The notes under the pieces are model-generated. The model ran no database searches. It saw nothing but the letters and a program-made list of their open reading frames with translations, and was not told the DNA's origin. Both the position numbers and the translations under genes were made by a program. A stretch of DNA of 64,000 nucleotides, from positions 130,299-194,298 of the forward strand of contig CBDCTC010000004.1 in assembly GCA_965222125.1 (NCBI GenBank). Reading direction: 5' to 3'. Below, piece by piece: positions 34,330 through 43,651 of this stretch (the stretch's first letter is position 1; each line of letters starts with the position of its first letter). The DNA comes from Dehalococcoidia bacterium (GTDB lineage: Bacteria; Chloroflexota; Dehalococcoidia; Lucifugimonadales; CAZENU01).

Positions 34330-35910
34330 CTATTCTACCAGCGCCGTCATCTCGTCGGCGAAGAAGTGCAGAGCGCTGTTTATTGGGCCGCCGGCCGCCT
34401 GGCCGAGACCGCACAGGGACGCGAGGCCAACCACCTCGGCCAGGTAGCGGAGGTCCTCGATCGCCGCCGGGTCGCCGTTGGTCATCAGCCGGTCCAGCGC
34501 CTCCACGATGCGCGGCGTGCCCTCGCGGCATGGGGTGCACTTGCCGCACGACTCGTCCGCGTTGTACGCCGTCAGCCCTCGGACGACCTCCGGGAAGGAC
34601 GCGCGGTCGTCCAGCGCGACCACGCCGCCTGCGCCGAGCATGACGCCCGACTCGTGCAGCATGCCGGGAGCGATCGCCGTGTCGAGCATCGACGGCGGCA
34701 GGACGCCGCTGGAGGGCCCGCCGACGGCGACGCCGGCAAGTGTGCGTCCGGCCTCCATCCCGCCGCCTACCGCGTCGACTATCTCGCGCAGCGAGGTGCC
34801 CATCGGTACCTCGGCTACCCCCGACCGGCGCACCGACCCGCTGACGCTGACCAGCTTGGTGCCCGTGGCCCGCTCGCTGCCGACCGCCGCGAAGGCCGCG
34901 GCGCCTTCGACCATGATGAACGGGACGTTGGCCAGAGTCTCCGCGTTGTTCACCACGGTGGGATTGGCCCACAGGCCGGCGTCCGTAGGGTAGGGAGGCC
35001 TGAAGCGAGGCTCACGCCGGAGGCCTTCCATCGTGTTGAGCAGAGTCGTCTCCTCGCCGCAGACGTAGCCGCCCGCGCCGCGCAGTATCTCCACCTCCAG
35101 GCTGAAGTCGGCGCCCAGCACGTCGTCCCCGAGCAGACCGGCTTCGCGGGCCTGATCGACCGCCCGCACGACTCTCTGGGCCGAGAGGTCGGCCTCGGCG
35201 TTGATGTAGACGTAGGCGCGCTGTACCGCAGAGGCGTACGCGGCTATCGCCATCCCTTCGATCAACCGATGGGGGACGCCCTCCATAATGTGGCGGTCCT
35301 TGAAGATGCCGGGCTCGCCCTCCTCCGCGTTGACGACGAGATACCGGGTCCTGCCGCCGCGGCGTACGCTGTCCCACTTCGCGCCCGCCGGGAAGTAGGC
35401 GCCGCCGCGGCCCAGCAGCCCGGCGTTCCGGACCTCCTCGGCGACGGCCTCCGGAGACATGGCAAGTGCGGTCGCGAGGCCGCCGTAGCCGCCTCGAAGC
35501 AGGTAGTCGTCGAGGCCGTTGGCGTCCATCTCGCCGCAGCCGTCGAGGACGATGCGCCGCTGGGCGGCGAAGAAACCGGCGGCCCCGGACGGAGGGACCG
35601 GCTCGCCGGCGGCGATACGGGCGGCGGATTCCGGGTCGACCCGACCGAACACCTGAGGCGCGCCGTCCATTCCGTCTGCGTAGACCCTGGGGCCGTCGTG
35701 GCACGCCCCGTCGCAGCCGGCGACCACGACGTGGCAGTCTTCAGGGGCTGCGGCGCGGACCGCGTCCGCGACCTCGGCGGCGCCTACCGCCTGGGAGCAG
35801 TGACCCACCTGTACGACTATTCGCCTCTTCCCGGCGCGCTCAGCGTCGTGACGCTCCCTCGCCGCCTGGCGGAGAGACTCGAGCGCGTCCTGTGGGCGTA
35901 CCGTGCTCAT
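34330..35910 (-). CDS. fdsB: NAD(H)-binding FMN/Fe-S subunit (NuoF/FdsB-like) of formate dehydrogenase
   Basis: Trimmed to ATG 35910, which overlaps the fdsG stop (ATGA). Motifs: ...GLLGRGGAYFP..., ...NAEEGEPG..., ...ESCGKCTPCREG.... Confidence 0.85.
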   Translation of the reverse strand: MSTVRPQDALESLRQAARERHDAERAGKRRIVVQVGHCSQAVGAAEVADAVRAAAPEDCHVVVAGCDGACHDGPRVYADGMDGAPQVFGRVDPESAARIAAGEPVPPSGAAGFFAAQRRIVLDGCGEMDANGLDDYLLRGGYGGLATALAMSPEAVAEEVRNAGLLGRGGAYFPAGAKWDSVRRGGRTRYLVVNAEEGEPGIFKDRHIMEGVPHRLIEGMAIAAYASAVQRAYVYINAEADLSAQRVVRAVDQAREAGLLGDDVLGADFSLEVEILRGAGGYVCGEETTLLNTMEGLRREPRFRPPYPTDAGLWANPTVVNNAETLANVPFIMVEGAAAFAAVGSERATGTKLVSVSGSVRRSGVAEVPMGTSLREIVDAVGGGMEAGRTLAGVAVGGPSSGVLPPSMLDTAIAPGMLHESGVMLGAGGVVALDDRASFPEVVRGLTAYNADESCGKCTPCREGTPRIVEALDRLMTNGDPAAIEDLRYLAEVVGLASLCGLGQAAGGPINSALHFFADEMTALVE

Positions 35911-36374
35911 TCGCTCTCTGTCGCGGCTATCAGCCGGCGGACCGACTCCTCGGTCGCGCGTCCGATCCAGCGTCCGTCCCACTGGACCGCCGGCGCGACG
36001 CCGCACAGGAACCCGCAGGCGGTCTCCGACACGGTAGTGTCGCCGGCGGGGCGATTCCCGTCGAGCGCCTCGTTGACGGTTTCGAGCAGCTCTCCGGCCC
36101 CGCGAAGCGAACAGCCGAGGCCGGTGCAGACTCTCAGTGTGTGCCGCCCCGGCCGCTCCAGGGTCAGCTCGGAGTAGCTGGTTGCCGCTCCGTACACCTC
36201 GCTTTTCGCCACGCGGAGGTGACGGGCGACCGTCTCCATCGCCCAGTCGGGCAGGTAGCCAAACTCGTGCTGTACGTGGTGAAGCGCCGGCAGCAGGTGC
36301 CCCCGCTCTCTCGTAAATCGTTCGGAGAGGGCGTGTCGGAGGGCCTTGCTCTCGTCATCGCCGCGAGCGTTCAC
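35907..36374 (-). CDS. fdsG: 2Fe-2S subunit (NuoE/FdsG-like)
   Basis: 155 aa. Motifs: ...LLPALHHVQHEFGYLP..., ...LRVCTGLGCSLRGA..., ...CGFLCGVAP. Confidence 0.8.
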   Translation of the reverse strand: MNARGDDESKALRHALSERFTRERGHLLPALHHVQHEFGYLPDWAMETVARHLRVAKSEVYGAATSYSELTLERPGRHTLRVCTGLGCSLRGAGELLETVNEALDGNRPAGDTTVSETACGFLCGVAPAVQWDGRWIGRATEESVRRLIAATESE

Positions 36375-36389
36375 ACTCCTCCTCGTTAC

Positions 36390-38255
36390 CTATCGGGCGG
36401 CCAGCGGCTCGGACCGCGGCCCGTTCGACGCGAGTGAGGACTCCGGGACCGCGTCCGCCAGGTCGAGCGCCTCAATCTTCGGCTGAGGGACCAAGCCGTC
36501 CGTCGTCCATCCCCGCGCACGGTAGTAGCCGTCGACCATCATGTCTAGGTCGCTCCGGGACAGACCGACACCCCGGGCCACGCCGTCCTCGAGTTTTTCG
36601 TCGAGGATCCTCGGCGGGAGGGTGTCGTCGGTGCGGGCCCAGCCCTCGCGGATGTTGAACAGCTTCTTCAGGTTGTTGATGCGCTCCCCGGCGAGCCTCA
36701 GGTCGGCTCCGTTCATCGACATGCCGGTCACGCGTTCGTAGATGTCGGCCGACTCCTCGTAGAAGTCGTCGAAGGCCTTGCGCAGGAACTTACACCATAT
36801 CAGGGAGTCCATGACGGCGGAGACGTCCTCGCCCTCCATCGCAATGCGGCCGCGCTGCTCGTCCGCCTTCAGCCGGTCCACCACGGACGAGAAGTCCGCG
36901 TCGTAAGCGGACGACCTGTTGTGGCAGGCGCCGCGTGGGCTGACGGCCAGGCCCAGCGCCATCGTCTTGAGGCTTCGCGGCTCGTAGCCCGGCATCTCGA
37001 GACCCTTGACGTGCATGGCCCAGTCGCCGGAGCCCCGGCCCACCACCTCCGACGCCCTCCGGCTGCCCTCCGAGAGCAGGTCGCCCAGGCCTTCCCGGCC
37101 GGCTATGGCATGCAGCGTCTCCAGGACGGCGTCGCCGTTGCCGAAACGCAGGTCGATGCCGCCGGTATCGCCCCTGGTCAGGAGACCGCGTTCGAAGCAC
37201 TCCATGGCCCAGGCGACGGTGCCGCCCGCGCTGATCGTGTCCATGCCCATCTCGTCGCACAGCCGCGAGGCCTGGATTATCCTGTTCGGATCGTCGACGC
37301 CGACCAGCGACCCCAGGGCAAATGCGCTCTCGTACTCCACTCTACCGGCGACCCCGCCGTCGGTCGAGGCCATGATGTGGGTGCATCCGATGGTGCAGTT
37401 GGCGCAGTGGGCCGTGCTGACCTTGTGCGACTTGACGAACTCCTCGCCGCTGATCCGGTCCGACCCCTCGAAGGTCGACTTGCGAAAGTTGCGGGTTGGC
37501 AGCGTCCCCAGCCGATCGAATACCGACACGTTGGCGATCGTGCCCAGTGTGCGGTATTTCTCAGTTGCAGGGCCCAGGCTACGCCTGGTCATCTCTATGC
37601 CGATCTCGCGGAGGACATCAGGCTCGGCGACCGGAACCGGGTTGCCGCCTCGGACGGCAACGGCCTTGAGATTCTTCGAGCCCATCACCATGCCGGGCCC
37701 CGTGCGGCCGGCGTGACGGCCACCGTCGTTGCTGATGCTTGCGAACCGGACCAGCCTCTCGCCGGCCGGACCGATGCAGGCCACCCGGACTCCCGGGATC
37801 AGAGCCTTCACGGCGGCTTCGGTTTCGGACGTCGACTTGCCCATCAGGCCGGTCGCGTCGAGAAACTCCACGCCGCCGTCCGCAATCGACAGCAGGGTAG
37901 GGCCGTGCGCCCGCCCTTTGATCACCAGCGCGTCGCACCCAGCCTTCTTCAGCTCCGGCGCCAGGAAGCTGGACGACAGCGAGTCTCCGACGAAGCCGGT
38001 CAGCGGCGACTTGGTCACCACGGCGAACTTGCTCGAGGTGGTCAGCCGGCTGCCGACCAGCGGGCTGGTCACGAATATCAGGGGGTTGTAAGGGGACACG
38101 GGGTCCGCGCCAGCCGGACAGTGCCGGTGAAGCAGGTAGACGCCGAGCCCGTCGCCGCCGACGAAGCGGCGGAGCACGTCTTCGGCAAGAGGCTCCCACC
38201 ACGAGTCGCGCGTGGACAGATCGACTACCAGAGCACGGCCGTTGTACCCGAACAC
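36390..38255 (-). CDS. aor: Aldehyde:ferredoxin oxidoreductase (tungstopterin AOR family)
   Basis: 621 aa. MFGYNGRALVVDLS...FVGGDGLGVYLL is the typical AOR N-terminus, and the internal ...CANCTIGC... motif is present. Confidence 0.85.
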   Translation of the reverse strand: MFGYNGRALVVDLSTRDSWWEPLAEDVLRRFVGGDGLGVYLLHRHCPAGADPVSPYNPLIFVTSPLVGSRLTTSSKFAVVTKSPLTGFVGDSLSSSFLAPELKKAGCDALVIKGRAHGPTLLSIADGGVEFLDATGLMGKSTSETEAAVKALIPGVRVACIGPAGERLVRFASISNDGGRHAGRTGPGMVMGSKNLKAVAVRGGNPVPVAEPDVLREIGIEMTRRSLGPATEKYRTLGTIANVSVFDRLGTLPTRNFRKSTFEGSDRISGEEFVKSHKVSTAHCANCTIGCTHIMASTDGGVAGRVEYESAFALGSLVGVDDPNRIIQASRLCDEMGMDTISAGGTVAWAMECFERGLLTRGDTGGIDLRFGNGDAVLETLHAIAGREGLGDLLSEGSRRASEVVGRGSGDWAMHVKGLEMPGYEPRSLKTMALGLAVSPRGACHNRSSAYDADFSSVVDRLKADEQRGRIAMEGEDVSAVMDSLIWCKFLRKAFDDFYEESADIYERVTGMSMNGADLRLAGERINNLKKLFNIREGWARTDDTLPPRILDEKLEDGVARGVGLSRSDLDMMVDGYYRARGWTTDGLVPQPKIEALDLADAVPESSLASNGPRSEPLAAR

Positions 38256-38262
38256 TCGGTCG

Positions 38263-38583
38263 CTAGCCTCCCGCCTGGCTGGAGAATAGAAGGAGCCTAT
38301 CCCCAGGGCCTATGTCGAGCCGCCCGCCGTCGACGAAGGCGGTGCCGTTCACGTTGAGCACGTGGCTCTCGAGCAGTCCCGTCCCGTCCTTGTCGATCAC
38401 GCTGCCGACCAGCGCGGGACACGCTCCCGCGATGGCGGCCACCACGTCGCTTGCCCTCGGCTCGCCGACCACCTCGATGGTGAGCTCTCGACGACCCGCC
38501 GCAAGGCGCGCCGTGCCAAACAGCTCCACCTGCAGTGTGAGGGCTGCGCCCGCGCCGCCGATTGGCCGAATCACCTTGACCAC
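38263..38583 (-). CDS. MoaD/ThiS-family ubiquitin-like sulfur carrier
   Basis: 106 aa ending in ...SSQAGG (C-terminal Gly-Gly). It lies between aor and mobA. Confidence 0.65.
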   Translation of the reverse strand: MVKVIRPIGGAGAALTLQVELFGTARLAAGRRELTIEVVGEPRASDVVAAIAGACPALVGSVIDKDGTGLLESHVLNVNGTAFVDGGRLDIGPGDRLLLFSSQAGG

Positions 38584-38694
38584 GGCCCCATTCTACCACC
38601 ACTCGAATTCGAGCCAGCCCAGCCACAGTCAGCCCAACAACGCGGCTTTCCCTGAGTGCGCCGATTTGAGTCGACTCAAATCGGCGCGAAGACG

Positions 38695-39312
38695 TCAGTG
38701 ACCCGCCTCAACGAGCGCGAGGGCCCGCTCCAAGTCGTCCGGTGTGTTGACATTGAGGAAGCTCAGCCGGCCGGGGTCTATGTCGTCGACCGCCGCCTCG
38801 GGCACCAGTCTGACCCTGACGTCGTCGAAGAAGCCCGCGATCTTCAGCTCCCGCGCCCTCAGACGCCGCTCAATGGGAGAAAGGCATGCCTTGGAGTACG
38901 CTGCGTGGGTGGGCTCCGGACGCCCATCTAGCACGGGCACCACTGCGTCGTATTCGCCACGTTCATCCAGGATGTGCCTCAGCAGTCGCCGGTTGAGGAA
39001 CGGCATGTCGCAGGCGACGACGAGCCCCCAATCGGCAGAGGCCGCCGACAGGCCGGTGAATATGCCGCCCAGGGAGCCGCAGTCGGGGTACGCGTCCACG
39101 ATGACTTGGGTAGAGTCGGGTAGGGGAAGCCGTTCGGCCTGTTCCAGGTCCGCGACGACGACGACCGTCTGATCGACCACGTCGGCGAGGCGGTCGATGA
39201 CCCTCCGCACCAGGGGCTTGCCCCCGAGCAGCTCCACGGCCTTGTTGCGCCCCAGTCTCCGGCTCCTGCCGCCGGCGAGGACTATTCCTGCAACGTCTAT
39301 ACTGTCCGTCAT
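38695..39312 (-). CDS. mobA: Molybdenum cofactor guanylyltransferase MobA
   Basis: ...GIVLAGGRSRRLGRNKAVELLGGKPL... and ...VVACDMPF.... The start is either ATG 39312 or ATG 39354. Confidence 0.8.
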   Translation of the reverse strand: MTDSIDVAGIVLAGGRSRRLGRNKAVELLGGKPLVRRVIDRLADVVDQTVVVVADLEQAERLPLPDSTQVIVDAYPDCGSLGGIFTGLSAASADWGLVVACDMPFLNRRLLRHILDERGEYDAVVPVLDGRPEPTHAAYSKACLSPIERRLRARELKIAGFFDDVRVRLVPEAAVDDIDPGRLSFLNVNTPDDLERALALVEAGH

Positions 39313-39399
39313 GAAGGCACCATCCCGTCCGGCCGCATTGGCCCTGTGGAACATCCTTCCATCGGTGCGTCCACGGGAGTACGGTGCCGGGATCCGACT

Positions 39400-41352
39400 T
39401 CAGCCGACATTTGCGACTATCTCCCCCATGCCTGAAACGTCGTAGCCGCCCAGCTCCTCGACTTGGGACCTGAAACCGTCGTCACGCAGGAGCTCGAGCA
39501 TCGGCCGCAGCAGGTCGCTATCGTGGACCTCACGCGGCATCACCAGGTCGTACCGCTCGTTCCGCAGCGGCACGAAGTCGAGCCCGACGGCCTTTGCAGC
39601 TGAGAAGACGCCCATGCCCGTGTCCACGCGTCCAGCGGAAACGGCCGCCGCCACGGCCAGGTGGCTGTACTCCTCCCGATCATAACCGCGTACCCGGCGC
39701 GAGTCCAGCCGCGCCTCTCGCAGCATGTAGTCGAACAGCACGCGGGTGCCGGAGCCTCGCTGCCGATTGACGTACCTGATGTCGCCGCGCAGCGTGTCGT
39801 CCAGACCCGCGATCGACTTGGGATTGCCCGGCGCGACGATGAGCCCCTGAACGCGGTGGGTCAGGTTGACCAGCACGACGTCGCCCTCGACGTATCGCCG
39901 CACGAAGGCGACGTTGTACTCCCCGGTGCGCTCGTCCAGCAGGTGACTGCCGGCGACGTGCGCCTCTCCGCGTTTCAGGGCCAACAGACCGCCCAGGCTG
40001 CCGACGTTGGACGACGCCAGCGTCGTCGCGGGGTCCACGCGGCGCAGCTCGCTGGCGAGCAGGTCAAGGACGATGTCGTGACTCCCGGATGCGACTATCG
40101 TGCGCTCCAGCTCGTGAGCCGGCCGCAGCAGGGCGGCGCGGACTTCGCTGCCTGCGTCGAGTCCCTCGGAGAACCGCGGTATGCGCACGAGTCCGTCGGC
40201 CCGGACCATCGACGTGATTACGCCCGCGCCGCGCTGCAACGGTGTCGCGACCATCTTCCCGCGCACGCGCCCGAGCCTCACGCGCAGGTAGTCGTCCTCA
40301 CCCATCGGCGAGCTCACCTTTCGGCTGATCGTCGCGGCGATGGACTGGCGTTCGGAGGGTGGCAGCCCAAGCATGTGCTCGACGAGCGGACGGACGATGA
40401 TCTCGCACGTGATCGCGGCCGACACCGAGTAGCCCGGTATGCCGATCACCGGCGTATCCCGCACGACGCCCAGCACGACGGGATGACCGGGCCGCACGGC
40501 GATCCCGTGGACCAGCAGCTCTCCCATCTCCTCGACGACCGCCGCGGTGTAGTCCTCAGAACCCGCGGACGAGCCGGCGTTGACCAGCACCACGTCGGCG
40601 GTCTCCAGGGCGTCGGCCAGCGCAGACTTGAGGTTGCCGCGGTCGTCCGGAACGGGCGGCCGCCGGTCGGCGTCCGCGCCCCACTCTTCGACCATAGCGC
40701 CGAGCATCAGCCCGTTCGACTCGATGATCTCAGATGGGCCGGGCGTGCTGCCCACGGCCACGAGCTCGTTGCCCGTTGGCATGACAGCGACCTTCGGATG
40801 GCGTCGCACGTCGACGTGGCTCAGCCCGGCCGCCGCGCACGCGGCCAGGTCCTGAGGCCTGAGCCGATGCCCGCCGGGAAGCAGCAGCTCTGTGGCCGCT
40901 ATGTCCTCGCCCAGCGCCCTGACGTGCTGGTAGGGCGGTACCGCTGCCTGGACCTCGATCGTCCGCTCGTCGACCTGATGGATGACCTCGATCATGATGA
41001 CCGCGTCGAACTCGTCGGGTATCGGGTCGCCGGTGTCGACCCAGGTCCCCTGACGGCCGATCTCGAGCCGTACCGGCGAGGTCTCCGTCGCGCCGACGGT
41101 GTCTGCGGAGCGCACCGCCGCCCCGTCCATCGCTGACGAGTCGTAGTGAGGCGAAGAGAGCAGGGCGGTGACCGGCCCCGCGGTCACGCGGCCGGCGGCT
41201 GCTTCCAGGTGCACGGCCTCGGCTGCGGTGCGTTCGCGTCCGCCGACTCTGTCCAGCGCCGCGTGGAACTTGGAAACCGCCTCGTGCAGAGGGACGTCCT
41301 GCAGGTAGTACCGTCGACCGGTGCGCGGCATCTCAGTACACCCTGACGTCAA
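39400..41352 (-). CDS. moeA: MoeA-type molybdopterin molybdo/tungstotransferase fused to a C-terminal periplasmic-binding-protein-like (molybdate/tungstate-binding type) domain
   Basis: 650 aa. The N-terminal ~400 aa read as MoeA (...SPHYDSSAMDGAAV..., ...NAGSSAGSEDY...). The ~240-aa C-terminal extension is PBP-like (...IVASGSHD...GSGTR...). Confidence 0.75.
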   Translation of the reverse strand: MTSGCTEMPRTGRRYYLQDVPLHEAVSKFHAALDRVGGRERTAAEAVHLEAAAGRVTAGPVTALLSSPHYDSSAMDGAAVRSADTVGATETSPVRLEIGRQGTWVDTGDPIPDEFDAVIMIEVIHQVDERTIEVQAAVPPYQHVRALGEDIAATELLLPGGHRLRPQDLAACAAAGLSHVDVRRHPKVAVMPTGNELVAVGSTPGPSEIIESNGLMLGAMVEEWGADADRRPPVPDDRGNLKSALADALETADVVLVNAGSSAGSEDYTAAVVEEMGELLVHGIAVRPGHPVVLGVVRDTPVIGIPGYSVSAAITCEIIVRPLVEHMLGLPPSERQSIAATISRKVSSPMGEDDYLRVRLGRVRGKMVATPLQRGAGVITSMVRADGLVRIPRFSEGLDAGSEVRAALLRPAHELERTIVASGSHDIVLDLLASELRRVDPATTLASSNVGSLGGLLALKRGEAHVAGSHLLDERTGEYNVAFVRRYVEGDVVLVNLTHRVQGLIVAPGNPKSIAGLDDTLRGDIRYVNRQRGSGTRVLFDYMLREARLDSRRVRGYDREEYSHLAVAAAVSAGRVDTGMGVFSAAKAVGLDFVPLRNERYDLVMPREVHDSDLLRPMLELLRDDGFRSQVEELGGYDVSGMGEIVANVG

Positions 41353-42565
41353 CCTCGTCGCCGGCGTAGAGCCCTCCGGCGTCCAGGGGCACCCGGACGA
41401 CGCCGGACGCCCGCACCATCGTGTAGATCAGATTCGACTTGCCGAAGATGGGCTCCGCGGACAGCGAGCCACCATCATCGGTCAACTTCACCTGAACGTA
41501 GTCCTCCCGGCCGGCAACCGACGAAATGTCGCGGGAAAGGCGGGCCCGCGCCGTCGGCAGCCGCGGAGGGGGATTGCAACCGCTCAGGGCGTATATCGTC
41601 GGCCGCACGATCAGGTCGAATACCACGACGGCCGACACCGGGTTGCCCGGCAGTCCGAACGCTGGCTTGCCGTCGATGAGCGCGATTATGGTCGGCTTGC
41701 CCGGCTTGACCGAGATCCCGTGTACGAGGACCCCGGGCGGCCCCAGCTCGTCGAAGACCCGCGCGGTCATGTCGCGGCTGCTGACCGAGCTGCCGGCGGA
41801 GAAGACCAGCACGTCGCCCCCTGCCAGACCGGCCTGGGCAGCCGCGCGCTGCGCCTCGTAGTCGTCCCCGACCAGCGCGACCGCAATCGGGGTCCCGCCG
41901 CAGTCCTCCACGAGCGCGGAGATCGTGGAGGTGTTGATGTCCCGCGTCTGGCCGTGCGCCGGCGGGGTGCGCGGAGGCACAAGCTCGTCGCCGGTCGATA
42001 CGATGGACACGACCGGCCTTCGGGATACGGTGAATTCGTCAATGCCCAGCGCCAGGAGTCCGCCTATGTCCTGGGGCCGCAGCAAATGTCCGGATGGCAA
42101 GACCGCCGCTCCGGTGCGCGCGTCCTCCCCTGGCTGGATGACGTTCTCGCCGGGGGCGACCGGTCGCACGACCTCGATCGCGGAGTCGTCCAGTTGCTGT
42201 GTGTGCTCGACCATGACCACCGCGTCTGCGCCGTCCGCCAGCATCCCGCCCGTGAAGGCGACGGCAGCCTGGCCGTCGAGAAGGCTGACCTCGGGCGGTC
42301 GGCCCATCGCCACCTCGCCGACGACGTCGAAATAGGCGGGCAGGCTCTCCGAAGCGCCGAACGTGTCCCCGGCACGGACCGAGTAGCCGTCCATGGCGGA
42401 ACGCGGGAAGGCCGGGAGGTCTTCCGGCGATACGATGGCGGCGCCGGTCACGCGCCCCACGGCGTCGGGGGTGGGCAGACGCTCCGTCTCCACCCGGGAC
42501 ACGCCGCAGTCGTGCAGGGCACGGAGCGCGTCGTCGGGAGGCAGGACGTTGAAGAACTGAGGCAT
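41333..42565 (-). CDS. moeA: Molybdopterin molybdotransferase MoeA (stand-alone)
   Basis: Track ORF trimmed to ATG 42565. Motifs: ...FPRSAMDGYSV..., ...FSAGSSVSSRD..., ...GLPGNPVSA.... Its 3' end overlaps the next moeA start by 20 nt. Confidence 0.85.
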   Translation of the reverse strand: MPQFFNVLPPDDALRALHDCGVSRVETERLPTPDAVGRVTGAAIVSPEDLPAFPRSAMDGYSVRAGDTFGASESLPAYFDVVGEVAMGRPPEVSLLDGQAAVAFTGGMLADGADAVVMVEHTQQLDDSAIEVVRPVAPGENVIQPGEDARTGAAVLPSGHLLRPQDIGGLLALGIDEFTVSRRPVVSIVSTGDELVPPRTPPAHGQTRDINTSTISALVEDCGGTPIAVALVGDDYEAQRAAAQAGLAGGDVLVFSAGSSVSSRDMTARVFDELGPPGVLVHGISVKPGKPTIIALIDGKPAFGLPGNPVSAVVVFDLIVRPTIYALSGCNPPPRLPTARARLSRDISSVAGREDYVQVKLTDDGGSLSAEPIFGKSNLIYTMVRASGVVRVPLDAGGLYAGDEVDVRVY

Positions 42566-42675
42566 GGCGCGCCTTCCATCGTTAGATTGCCCATTATAGC
42601 GGCCGCGCGCGGGCGGCCTTCCGGAGTGGCACGCCTCCCGACCGGCCTCGATGCCGGTGACGCGGCTGCGGCAGG

Positions 42676-43596
42676 CTAGACGGGCATCGTGCGGCCGGTC
42701 AGCTTTCGGCCGGCGTCCGGCAGCTTCCGGTCCGGCGTGCCGACGATCTTGGCGCCGATCTCCTCGATGATGAACCGTGCCCGCTCCTCGGCTGTCATCG
42801 ACGGGTCGCCCCAGCCGAACGACATCGTGACCCCGGCCTGGTTGCAGGCGTCGCGCACCGTGTCCATCGCGCTGCGAAGCTCTCGCAGTTTCGGGTCGGT
42901 CTCGCCCTCCCGGTCGAAATAGCCCTTGTAGTCGAGGATGCCGTGGGACATCGCCATGTCGCCCGGGCCCCACTCGCAGTAGTAGATGCCGGGAGTCGCC
43001 GCGATCGCGTGGGCGTTCTGCACGCCGTGCCTGTCCTCGATCTTGATGCCGAGCAGCAACTCCCCGTCAGGGTTCAGGGGCCAGGCGTCGGCCTTGTGCA
43101 GGTACTCCTGTGGGCTGACTCCCCAAATCGACGCCGCGAACTCCGTGTCTCCCTGGCCCCGCAGGCCTTCGGGCAGGCCTTGGTCTCGACCTATGGTCTG
43201 GAAGGGATATCTGCACGCCGCCACAAAAGCGCGAACGGCGTCGGGGTCGCGCGCGTGGTCGACCCACAGGCCGTGGACGCCGGCGGCGAGTATTTGCCGC
43301 GCCTGCCAGGTGTTGGCCATGATCTCCTCGCGCGTCACGGCGTTCGCCGGAAGGGACGCCAGCACGGCGGGCGTCTGGTGGCCGCTGGCAGTCGGGCCGC
43401 CGTCCTTCAGGCCCTGCATGAACTGCGAGAGGCCCTTGGGGTCGAACGGCTGGTGCTCGAACCCGATCAGCATGACGTCCGCCCACGTCCCGGCCCACTC
43501 CAGACCCGTCTCATACCTCAGATCGTGGGTCGGGCCCTGAGTGATGTAGGCCGGCTGGCCCTGCTCGATCAGGTCAATGACCTTGTTGACTCGCAT
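42676..43596 (-). CDS. HpcH/HpaI aldolase-family-like protein (divergent)
   Basis: 306 aa. ...MLIGFEHQPFD..., ...CRYPFQ... and ...GIKIEDRHGVQNAHAIAATPGIYYCEWGPGDMAMS... follow the HpcH/HpaI layout, but the sequence is divergent. Confidence 0.5.
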   Translation of the reverse strand: MRVNKVIDLIEQGQPAYITQGPTHDLRYETGLEWAGTWADVMLIGFEHQPFDPKGLSQFMQGLKDGGPTASGHQTPAVLASLPANAVTREEIMANTWQARQILAAGVHGLWVDHARDPDAVRAFVAACRYPFQTIGRDQGLPEGLRGQGDTEFAASIWGVSPQEYLHKADAWPLNPDGELLLGIKIEDRHGVQNAHAIAATPGIYYCEWGPGDMAMSHGILDYKGYFDREGETDPKLRELRSAMDTVRDACNQAGVTMSFGWGDPSMTAEERARFIIEEIGAKIVGTPDRKLPDAGRKLTGRTMPV

Positions 43597-43651
43597 GACG
43601 ACGCGCCTCCGTAAGTTACCCGCCCGGCCGCCGTCGGCGAGCGGGCCGATG

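Noticed and set aside
41333-41352. The 20-nt overlap of the two moeA genes, considered as evidence of a frameshifted single gene.
   Set aside because: Both proteins are complete MoeA units with their own N- and C-termini. The upstream one ends with the typical ...VDVRVY.
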